From Oculina patagonica (Eukaryota), in the NCBI RefSeq assembly GCF_052425735.1, contig NC_135758.1, positions 23,622,001 to 23,686,000 of the forward strand: DNA of 64,000 nt, read 5' to 3'. The notes under the pieces were generated by a model that saw only the letters and a list, made by a program, of their open reading frames with translations, had not been told where the DNA came from and made no database searches. This document shows, piece after piece, positions 40,901 to 52,400 of this stretch. How positions within the stretch are numbered: the stretch's first letter is position 1; each line of letters starts with the position of its first letter. The position numbers were made by a program, and so were the translations under genes.

Positions 40901-41765
40901 TCCTTCATGGCAATTTCTGATGATTTGGAACACTCCCTCTGGATTTAACTTGATTGCGTTACGTGCAAAGACAAGTCATGTTCAACAATTTGTTTGTTTT
41001 CTTTGCAGATCGTAATATTGCACTCGGGTTCTTAAGCAATCTGAGCAAAAGCACATCTCTCAATCAGGATCAGGCATTAAATCGAAAATCGGCAGATATT
41101 TCCAAGTAAGTTTACATTTATGTAAAGATAAATTAAATCCAAATAATGAAGTGATTTCTAGTATAAGTCGTTCCAACCTTATTTTTAGAGCCCTTTCTTT
41201 TTATTTCTCGAGGTATGAACAGATAGTGCACTGATAGCCTGCGTTGCAGACGAACACGTCCGGCTGCAACGCAGGCTAGAGCACTGGTAGACTGTCCACA
41301 GCCCTCTATTTTTTCGTGTTTTTTCGATCGATGAGCGCGCGGTGAGAACGGCGAGAAAACTGGACGCCAGCGCAAAACGGAAGATGCTTTTTTGCGTTGA
41401 AAAATCGAGAGGCTGTGGACAGTCTAGAGCACTGGGAATGAGGTTGCTTGAAATCCTAGTAAACAAATTGAACCACAAGAAACCACTGAGACTTTGATTG
41501 CCTCTTTTCCAGGGCTGCCCGCGATGTTATCGTCGATCAAGTTCGCCAGATGATGCCAAAAGACGTCCGTACCAGAGAGCGACGCCGGCCAGCTAAATAC
41601 TCACCACCGAGGGGCAGAAAGCTTCGGTTGCCACCAAAGCCTCCCCCGCGAGCCTTCGTCATGAATAAGGGGGCACTGTTCATGCAGCCACACCGCTGTC
41701 TGCCGGGGCATTTTGAAATCCACCCTGAGTTCCAAATAAGTGCCAAAAGAATAACCGTTTCATGA
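34983..41765 (+). CDS. Uncharacterised multi-exon protein-coding gene, head-to-head with NTE
   Basis: Phase-consistent exon chain: 34983-35204 (..RRNRPHPSQ), 35399-35535 (NFLNWRIP..), 36293-~36432, 37760-37819, 39287-39360, 39618-39696, 40094-40149, 40416-40488 (SLENAIQAEAIPAIHRWLK), 41009-41105, 41513-41765 (..GHFEIHPEF..). All have AG/GT boundaries; the 3' end of exon 3 is uncertain. Confidence 0.72.
35662..36031. mobile_element. TTAA-flanked Kolobok-like MITE hosting a nested MITE
   Basis: TTAA|AGGAGCAACATCA ... TGACGTAGCTCCT|TTAA. Confidence 0.7.
35739..35875. mobile_element. Second copy of the 137-bp GG...CC MITE, opposite orientation, 8-bp TSD
   Basis: TAATTTTC duplicated at 35731-38 and 35876-83. 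Confidence 0.88.
38078..39092. mobile_element. Non-autonomous piggyBac-like element
   Basis: TTAA|CCCTTTAACCGGCA ... TGCCGGTTAAAGGG|TTAA. Confidence 0.85.
41235..41278. mobile_element. 44-bp TAG...CTA palindromic mini-element
   Basis: TAGCCTGCGTTGCAG ... CTGCAACGCAGGCTA; flanks GTGCACTGA / GAGCACTGG. Confidence 0.7.
41288..41426. mobile_element. TAG...CTA MITE with perfect 9-bp TSD
   Basis: TAGACTGTCCACAGCC ... GGCTGTGGACAGTCTA; GAGCACTGG at 41279-87 and 41427-35. Confidence 0.85.
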
Positions 41766-42978
41766 CTTTTCTTCGCAACACTAGTACCTTAGAGGAATTT
41801 ACATACGCTCAGATATTTTTAAAGCATTTGGGATTCTACTCACAAATGTTGGCACGGGATTTGCTGAAAGAATTTCACTATGTCATTATTTGTTTTTAAT
41901 TGTAATAAATATCATACATGTATGGAAATCACAGATCCACAACTATGCATTGTGAATGTACGTATGTGCATTGGATTTTATTAAACATATCTCTCGTGTT
42001 GTTCTTAGTCTTTTCTTAGATCGTGTTCCACGACATAGCTTGCTGCTAAGTGTGGGAAATAGTGATTAAGGAAATTTAAAGGCGGTTTTCCGGCATTGGG
42101 CATAAGAGCAAGTATAAGCACAAGCGTAAGCATTAGAACATGTAAAAGCATCGAACACATTATTCATTCTTATGCTGTTCGCATTAGGAATCACCGCGAC
42201 ATAAACGTTGGCGTATAAACACAAGAAAAAAGAACAATTTTGTTTTCTTGTTTTTATGCTTATGCCCTTGCGATTACTAGAAAGGACAGCGTAAGACGAA
42301 TGAATGTGTTTCTCTAAGTCATTCGGTGACGTCACGAAATTTCGCGCTAAATCGATAAGCGGGAAGGGAACGCCTGGGTACTAGGCTGTGTTTCTCTTAT
42401 GCGCTCATGCTTGTGCCTTTGCCCAGAGAAATCCAACCTTTACTCGGCCATTAAACTGAGCCGCTTCTTGAAACAAAAGTTAAGGTCGAACCTCTCAACA
42501 ACGGGCACTCTGGAGTAAGATAAACTGGCCGTTGCATTGTAGAGAAGTTTCCATATGAGTAGAGTACATGGATCAATGTACAGCCGGACGAAAGATCCTA
42601 GAGATGTGGCCATAATTACTAGAGGTCCAGTAACAGCCTCCTCTCTGTAGCAGCCGCCTTTCCACAATAGCAGGGAGTTTTCACACCAACCCTACCCACC
42701 TCCTTATAAATGGCCAGTTAATTTCGCCTTAGAGTGGCCTTTGTAGAGAGGTTCCACTGTATTTATTTTTCACATGGTTGCTTACAGTCGAATCTTCACT
42801 AACGGTCACTTCTCTACAAAGGTCAGCATTTTTCCTCCCAACTGTGCCCTTTCCCTGCATTTCACAGCTCCAGGGTGGCTGCCGTAGAGGGGTTCAACTA
42901 TATGCTGGTGACAATTTTGGAACTATGGGAGGGGCCCGATCCCTCTCCTCTCCCCGTCCCCTAATGTTCTGTGCCATC

Positions 42979-43424
42979 TCTTTATTTATTTATTTATATT
43001 ATTTAAGGATTCGTACAAGTACAGGTGCTTAACAATAGCCGGGACATAAGTCCCCTACTTGGTTAAAATACCCACACCCAGCCCCCTAAAAAATATCCCG
43101 AAAAACCCCTTCCCTGACCCGACTAAACTACAAATCAAATAAATCTAAATAACACAAATACAATCTGAAATATACTAATCAACTTAACAAGTACAGACAG
43201 AGAAAATATTAACACGGCGACACTTATGGAGCGAGAAAGGGTCTACATTTAGTCTAGCCCTCCTAGCCTTTTCGAGCGCCTATTTTGAAAACCTAACCTG
43301 CCATGAGGTACTCCTTTCTTATTAAAACACGCCAAAATCCCGGTGAGAAAGCCCCCCTTTCTAATCATATCCCCCAGCTTTCTGTTTCTTTGACATGGGA
43401 ATACTTTGATAATTTCTTATGAAT
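42979..43424 (-). mobile_element. 3' remnant of a LINE-like retroelement
   Basis: (TAAA)n-type tail at ~42980-43005 on the minus strand, G/T-rich 3' UTR-like sequence, degenerate reading frame that appears to continue at 53491-53655. Confidence 0.4.
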
Positions 43425-46400
43425 CTAGAAGGAAGACGAGTACGGCTTCCAATAAAACAAAGATTTTCTTAAAAGAACATAAATCTTCGTCGAGATTTCA
43501 ACAGAAAAATGAACAACGTACAATAAAAAGCTGAAAATGAAAGAAATAAAAACAGCTACCCCGAAGTCTTGTTGGTATAACTTTTCGCTTTCTAAGATTT
43601 CCGTACGTAAAAGTTCACGGTCATCTTTTCTTTTTCCTTCAGTAAAAAAAGACAACATTTACGTTTTTGTTCGCGGTTTCCGTTAGGTCGTCAGGGGAGG
43701 GGACGCTATTCCTTTAGACTGCTTAAACTTCTTACTAAAAAGGAAAGTTGGTTCTTTTATTCAAAAGAAAAACAAAAAAAATCATACACTGTACTTGAAC
43801 TCTTTTTCTCTAAAACGCTGTTGTCTCAAATGGAAAACTAGTGTTTCAATTACAGAAACCAATGAAATGCTGCAGCGAAAAACACGTGCGATGAATTAAA
43901 CCAATCAGAAGGCGGTATTTGGCCGACCGCGTTGAATGCAAAAAAGAGGCGCGAAGTTTTAATTTATTCTTCTTCTGCACAAAGTTGTGACCAAAATGAA
44001 AAATTTTAGCCGACTAAAATTTTTCAGGATTATACGCCAGAACTTTGTGTTTGCCTTCTTATACATAACCAGGCAAATTAAAACATTACAGAAGAGCTCC
44101 AACAAAGGAATAAAGCTTGGAAATAACGCGGTAAGTGCGAGAACTAGTACGCTGTTCATTTTGAATTTTAACAATTTGCGAGAATCGAGTTCATGCTTGC
44201 TCCTATCTTGTGAGCTTAATAACTGAATAAATAATTGCCTAACTTGTCTAACTACTTTGTGAATTTCATCAGTTTTCTTTTTTTTTTGTTCACAGAAATA
44301 AACCACAGCTACGGAGGACATTATTTATCTTTAAGGCGAACCGAGCAATTGATTCTGTCCGGTGAAAGCTTTAATCAAAAATTCGACATGGCGAACTTTG
44401 TTCGATTTGGACTAGAAGCTCATGACAGGTTTGTGTTTGAATATTAAAATGTTTGCATTTCAAATAATACTCTTCATGCTTGTGTAGGTTACAAAACAGT
44501 TAGCTGTCGAAATAACGTTCAATAATGAAAACTTCGAGTACTGTGGGCCTAAATAAGTCGGCCGCTTTATATGCGAACGGATAAACATGGCGGAAATTGC
44601 GAGTTTATAGAAATTCTAAGTCAAGTGTTTGTTTTATAACTAGGAGTTGCTGATAGCAAGTAAAGTGCTGCGAAGTAAGTTATAAGAATAATTATAGTAG
44701 TAGGAACGAACGGAAGGTCATAGCAATGTTTCGGATGTTCACATTTCCAGATGTGAAAGATTTTTCTCTGTTTTCTCAGTGAGTTAAATGCTGGTAATTC
44801 GCTTAGTTTATATAATAATTAGTGAAATTGAGGAAAGGAAGCAATGTAACATAACATAGCACGTGCGATTGCAAAGCCATCAGAAACACCAATTCAGTTA
44901 TGACGTCAAAAAGCTCAAAGCTCGTTCCATTCCAGCGCGCGGTCATTATGGAAACGTTTTCGTGGAGCCTTCGCAAATAATCTTCGTAGTGTTTTTGCTG
45001 TACATATTTCCCGCTTAAGGGTCAGAAAGTAAAAATTTTTCCTTAAATTAAATTGGTAATGAATAATTATGAAAGCGATTATAAGAAGGCCTCGGAAATT
45101 CGTTATTCATCAGAGCTGGCGCATAAGGGATGAAAAGACCGTTTCTCCGGCACTTTACTTGACCATCTTGCTCAAGAGAGATTTCTTGGGAAGCATTTAC
45201 AAAGTGCTGCACAGAAGCGCAAGCGGCAACGCTTTAAAATTTAACTTCTTGCTCTTTAGCGAAAAGGACATCGCAAATTAACGACAAACGCAGCTTCGAC
45301 AGAGCGCAAAAACGGCTGATTGGTCAGAGAAAAATGACGCCAGTGAGGTTATTTTCCTTTACTGCGACTGCGCGTAAGATTTTCCAGTTGAGAATTTTAC
45401 ATCATGGCGGATCGAGCGAAGCGCCGCGTGTAAGGGAAACCATGGATAGTAAACAAAAACCTAAGTGAACTGTGGTCCAGAAAAAACCCCTACAGCAATT
45501 GTTTCACAACGACGAAATTTCAAGCAGATTTGCCACCAAGGAAAACTGCAATTACTGTTTTATTTCTGTTATTTTTGACCGTTGTGTATTCTGTTGATGT
45601 GGAGAGTTAGGCCGCCTTGTGACCTGCAGACTTTACTACAACCGTTATGTTTACACGGAAAACTTGGTTGATTCACTGGTGGAATCTCTGACTGTGTTGT
45701 TTCCTCTCCAGCTGGCTTTTGACCGACGTTAGCGAATTTTGGAAACAGCTGTCGCGGACGGTCTTGCTTTAGGGAGCGAACACGTGTTTTAAATTCTGAT
45801 TGCAACTGGTGCACTTTGTTTTGGTGAGATTCATTGCCTCCCTCATCGCAACTGTCCTCAAGGTTTGTTGATATATCATCGTTTCCATCGTCGTCATCGT
45901 CGTTACCATCGTCGCTGTCATCGCTATCCAGTGGATCGCCCGCAAGATACCTATTAACGGATTAAGAAATCAAACCAAATTTAGGCTCCATGCGTGCAGG
46001 GAAAAGTACAGTAGCTTGTGCTTATATTTTGACCGTACTCTCTTACCTGTTCAATGTTGTGGATAGCTCTCGTATTCGTTCTTGTAGCAGAGGATGGCAG
46101 ATAGGGCACAGTCGTTCTCTGAGGCATGATATATGGAATGAGTGACCACAATTCAGCCTTTTGTAATCAGCTGAATTGGCCGTGCATTCGGTGAGATCAC
46201 AACAAACCATCTGGTCGGGCTCAGAACCTAGAAAAGAGAACCCCATCGGCAGCGATCGCTGGTCCATGGTTGCATCCAATGCTGGGAAGTAATATGGCTG
46301 GAAAATGAAGGTAAGCTAAGATGTAAGTGTAGGATTGACCCGAGCTTCTCTTGCATATAAAAGAATACAAGCACCACTATAATATCCTCAGCTACATGAA

Positions 46401-49400
46401 TCTTATCTCGGCTTTTTTTGCAAATGATTGATTTCTGAAAGACAGGCTCCACAGTTGTTTTGTTATATTTATAATTTTAATATTTATTTAACGTTTTCAG
46501 TTATCCTTTGTTTATAATTTGGTAGTGCGTGTAAAAAGAATAACGTGTACATGTACTTCAATCGTATCATTTTTTTAAGTCCATCCCTGAATTGAGGTGA
46601 ATTTCTCTTGCAGTTCCCTTGTCTGAATGAACTTTATTCAAGGTAGCAAGGCATTTGATAAAAAAAATGCATAGCACCTGAAATTTGCGGTTTCCACGTG
46701 GGATCTTTGCTGTCTGTCCAAGTGTATTCCACACTTCTGTGAACAGTTCAAAAAGGAACTCTGCTGCCTTGAGTGTTGTCTCTGTGAGGTTTGCACTGCC
46801 ATGCCCTCTCAGATATTGTGGCAGAAACCATTCCATAAAATCTACGTCAAAGCCTCTTCCACTGAGTGCATGTGCTATTGTGCGGATCAGTTGTGGAACT
46901 GCCCAGATAGGTACGTTACTGTATAAAGGTAACCAGAAGTGTGTGTTTTGTGAGTTGTTACACTATAAATAATTATTGGTAAAATATAAGGATCTAACTC
47001 TTTTGTAATTTTTATTATGTAAGTTTTTGACAAGGACAAAATTATTAAACATGTTATTGTACCGCAAATCTATAGAAGCAATAATAATTAACATCACTGT
47101 TACGCTGATAATTATTCGTTATTTGCTGAGTCAAGTGGCATGAATGCTGTGAAGCCATTATTTCATAAGTGTAAGTACAAACTCTGTTATCTTGCAAGTT
47201 TTGTTATTGCGTGTCACAGAATCATAAATTTAGCTATAAAATTTTTTACTGTTAAAATAAGAAAACAGCCAAAGTATTTCTGAGATGTCTTTTAATTGAA
47301 TCGTGTGGAGAAGAAATCAAACAGACGTGAGATTGCTAAACTGTAAGCAGTAACAGTAATGAGTTTGTAGTTTTTTGTTTTGCTCATGTGTCCGTGCTCT
47401 CCAATGGAATTGCATTGATCATAACACAAGAAACATTTCCAAAATAATTATGAATATAGTTGAAAATTTTCCTACCGCCGCAAGATGGAGTGAAGTATTT
47501 CAATTTTTTTCTCTGTGAAAACTTGTAGGAATTCTTGGATTGTTTCACCAAGGTCTGTGTTTTGGGACACATGGAACAGGAGATCACTTAGTTGGCATAA
47601 GGTTGCCTTATCATAGTTTCTGCGGCGGAAGATAATGAAGATCATAGATGCCCTTAGCATTGACTGTAACCAGCTGTCAAAATTTCCACCACGAAAGAAC
47701 ACAGTGTAGAAGTAGAAGTTGAAGCAGCTGATCTCATCAAGTAAGTTGATCAACATCAGGTACTGTGCATCTTTCCATTCACCAAATAGATCCAGAACAA
47801 CATCTCTCACTATAAGCCAGCCTCCAAAGGCAGCTGAAGACACCAGAGAAATTTTTTCAGACTTAGGCTTCTGGGGGAACTTCTTGTTTCTAAAAATTTT
47901 AAAATATGCAATTTTAATCAATTCTTGCGAGTACTTGTAGGTTCTATATCTATTTCATAGATGTCAGTTTATTGGCTTCCTTCGCTCGTGTAGTTACATG
48001 TAAGAAAGACACAAACTGGTATTTGTTAAATTATAAATTAACCAACCTTCCAAATAAAGCTTTATATAACTTCTCAAAGAAAGGCCAGAACACTTGAACA
48101 GTGGATTCCTTTGTGTTAAGGGAGATAGTTGTTTGTTCTCACTATTGTGTTTTTAGTGTAGCAATTATTTATTTTTGCATGTACTTAGCTACCTCTGCAA
48201 CAAGTTTTTTATTGAACTTCCAGGTTGGGTAGTCACCAGTTACAACCAGTTGGAATTCAGCCATGTATTCATCAAGTTCAGGGCACATCATGAGTGTGTG
48301 TTCCAAGGCTGCTGCATAATCATTTTTGCTGTGGAGAGGCCTTTCAAACTCATCAACCAGCCATGATGTTTTCAGCGTCTCCATTTCATGTCTCTCTGCA
48401 TCCCAATACACCCTTTCAAAATCACAAGCACATTGGTTTAAGCACATACAGCTGTACATGTAGGTAGTTATGTTGGAAGTTCTGTTATTTTTTCAGTTAT
48501 GCTTTGTTTGGATTTTTTTGCATAATGTACTACTGTATATAGAAAACTCCAAGTAAAATCAGCTGAGTTCTAAATTTAGTATGGAAATTCAATATCGTTA
48601 TTTTTACACCAGCATTTACGCATACATACATATATTAGCCTGGGACGGATGAAAAATTCATGTAAGTTTTCTGAAAAACTGCAATCTGAGTGCAGTTGTG
48701 CTTGTGGCAAGAATTAGACAGCAGTGAGCTGCTTTGTATGAATAAAATAATTTATATCACTGTAATACCTGAGATTCTGAAAGCTATCCTGGATATTTGA
48801 AAAATTGACCTGTGTATATTCTGCAGGTAACAGAGACAGGAAGCTGGAGGAAAAATATTTTGTTAACTCTACACGAAAATATCCTAGCAGATGCTGGATG
48901 TCGATTCCTCCACGACACTGTCGAATCGATCCATCCTTCATCGCCACTCTCACAGACTGGTGGTTTCTGTTAATGTCGTGGTTCTGGGGAACAGCATTGA
49001 TGTCAGTGTGGATATCTGCTAGAACTGTGCACATGTGCCAGGATGTACTGGTTATGGAGTTTGTCGGCCTTCTCGGTGCATGTATAAAGTGGATGTCATC
49101 CTCAATGAGAAGTATGAATTTCTTTTCCTTTCAAAACAAAACATTTTTATTATATATAATATGATTAAATCCTAACCACCCTGGAAAATAAATGAGCACA
49201 GTGACCTGAAACACTAGTTCCCCATTCAGATTACTGGGGTTCCCAATATTTTAATCTCACTGGTCTTATATTTACTAAAATGCCCGTCCATTTTACACAA
49301 AAACTAGTGCGGTTGCCCCCATTTTTTATTCCATTTTTCTAATGCTCATAACATAATTGTAACCTGGACCAAGTTTCAGAAAATTTTTAGTTCTCCTTCT

Positions 49401-52400
49401 ATTTCAGTGGAAACACCTTAAACAATACATTAGGTTTTGAAGAACGAAAATTGCACAGTCAACAAAGTTGAAAGTTCTTAGTCGGAAAGTGTAGTTTTGT
49501 CATAATGCTGATATCCGATTTCGAATTTTCCAACAACTGTTTGCAGTCAGATGAAGTAATCATTGTCGTGAACCATGTTTAACAAAACAACACAATACAT
49601 GTACATGTAGTGGCTCAGTAATTATTGTATTAGCTGTTGTAGAATTTGGAGGTACAATAGGAAAGAGTTTTATTGAATTGTGAACTTCATAGACTCAATT
49701 TATCAAGCACAGCTACCTTTGTTGCAAGTTTTATTTCTTTTCTCACTTCTTCTTGATTCATTTTGGCAAGTGCTTTCTCATGGTTCGTAATGGAATGTGG
49801 ATGGCAACTGTAACCAAGGACCATGCCAGACATCATTGAGGAGTAGCTAGCTCCACTTAGTTTTAGTTGTAGACCATTGGCTTTCTGCATGGGACAGTTT
49901 TTCTGACAATCAAACATTATCAGAAATATACAAGTTATTGTGTGAGCATTATAATTGCTAAGTGTAATGCTTTTTTTCCTGATGCAGTGGAATAAATTTT
50001 AAGAGTAGTGGATATAACCAGCTCCACCCTTTCTTGTTTGATATTTTTTTAATTCTAACAAGAGAGAGAAAAGTTCTTAATTATAATGTTATTTTTTTTA
50101 TTTTTATTGTATATGTACCCCAATATTTTTTCCTTTTTATTGGAAATGGTTGAATGCCTTTATTTTATCTGCTTTGTTTGAAGGTAGAAAGGTCTACTAC
50201 CTGATTTCTAAAGAAACTGAGGTTGTGTAGCAAGGCAACTACACGGATTCTCTGAAGATGACTTCTCTTGCTTGATGGTGTTTCCTTTTCATTATTGAAT
50301 ATGGCACAAAAGATGTCCTCAAACAGGCCAGGAGCATGGGTATCACAAAACTGTTCCATCTCATCTGGATTGTATAAATGTTTCCCACCATTGCTATAAT
50401 GATTGACCAAAGACTTGTGGAATTGTTGCACAAGAGTGCTGAATGTTGTGTCTCCTTTAAGCAGTGAGAAATATTTGTTAGAAAACAAAAAGGATGAAAA
50501 CATGTTTCTCAGCTATCATACACTTACAACATGAATGGTTTTGCCCTTGGAAGTTGAAGTAACTTCAGATTATTATGACCACTTCCCTAATGACAAATTC
50601 AGACCTTTGGGAGGGTTGCATGTCTACTTACTGTACTGTGCCTGAAATTAAAATTTTAAAAGGATTTAATGTAAAATAAAACACAGCTTCTTTAAAAATT
50701 AATCAAAATTTTAGGATATTTAATGACAAATTTAGAGGCTGTAAGTTCTTCTCCACTTGGTTCTTATGTACAGTGACTTTTTAATGAAGTGAAATCTATA
50801 ATTTTGCCCAAACCTTTTGTAGGCATACTGGTTTTACCTTGAATTTTCTTGTGAAGCCTGATGTTCTCTTCTTTCAATTCGTCATTTATTTCCCTGATAT
50901 TCTTTTCTTTTTGCATTAATTGTGTGTTTTGTCGAGCAAGTTCTGTTGGAAAATAAATCACCATGGGTTTTATGTAACACACTCTACATGTTTCACGTTA
51001 TGTTTGATTTAAGGGCTGAGCAAAAACAATAGTTTCAAGGTGAATTCAACATAAAATGCTTATGTAAACCCAAGGTGCAGTTGAGATAAACTTTTGAATT
51101 TTTCCAAACTTTCTCTTGTTTTTGCACCAGGCTATATAGATATATGACTCAGTTGATTTTCAGTCTTAATTTAACCAAATATCCAAGTTGATAATAAACT
51201 GTTTATATCATAGGATTGTGTGTTTTAAGTGATCCCATCTGTCAGATCATGAGGGTTTTGCTTGGGTGACTAGAAATAGATTAATATTATGTTGGGATAA
51301 AATAATATGTTAGCCCATTTAATGCAGCTGAAAACATGCTGTATGGCTATACGTCGGTTCCAATTTTAAAATTATTCCTGTCTTCTATTGTACCCTCGTG
51401 AATATAGCATTTTTCCATAGTCGAGTTTGGTATTTTATTAAAACCTTGTTGAAGTAAATTTGTGTGTTGTTTTGTTTTATTATTGACATTGGTAAAAAAT
51501 AATAATAAAAAATATTGACATTGGTTCATGTACACATGCAGTGTTGGACAGTACATACAGCTACTTATATATTTTATTTTTGCTGTTTATCTCATTAAAG
51601 AAGTATATTTTAGCAGTCTAATTTTTAATAGAACCTCATAATTATAAAGGGCATACTATTAGTATGTAAACAATGAGGCAACCATAATGACCTAGGGAAA
51701 GGGACTGTAAATGGAGGTTATTTGTATGGTCATTATCAATTTATTGTAATTTACAGTATTTCACAGACAACTTCAATGTCTAGGAAAGCCAATGAAATGC
51801 TTGGTCACACATACCTTCAATTTTGTTCAACAACATTGTGTTCTTATCTTCTACTTTCCTTTGGCCTTCTTCCAATTTTTTTTTTTTGCCTCTCGAGGTC
51901 TTCAATTTTCTTAACCAGCTCTCCCTGATCAGGGTTATAACTCGTCGACTCAGACTTTGGGCGCTGGTCGAATAAAAAATATTAAAAAACAAAACTATGG
52001 GCGTGACTGGTGATATGCCAATCCTCAGTCAACTATCAACAGTTCTGTGAAATCAATTGACGTAATTAAATACCTTTTTAGGTGGAGTGTATCCCTCGCT
52101 GTTGCAAATTCTTTCATCTCGATCGGCCAGCAATAAATGTTTCTCACAAATAAATGTACCGATGTGGGAATGGTGTTGAAAACTATCAAACACCGCAAAT
52201 AGTCGCCGAGGACAGGAAACAAAACTACCGCTGCATTCATTGTCAGAATGCAGTGGAAAGCAACATTTCAATTTGTTTTCATTAATTTTTTCGTCGAAGT
52301 GCTTTTTACAAAGCGTCACATTCTGTAAAAAACCACAGGCCCGTGCTTGAATGTCTGTAAACAGGGACACATTACCCCAACAGTCGACCCCAGCCGGCTT

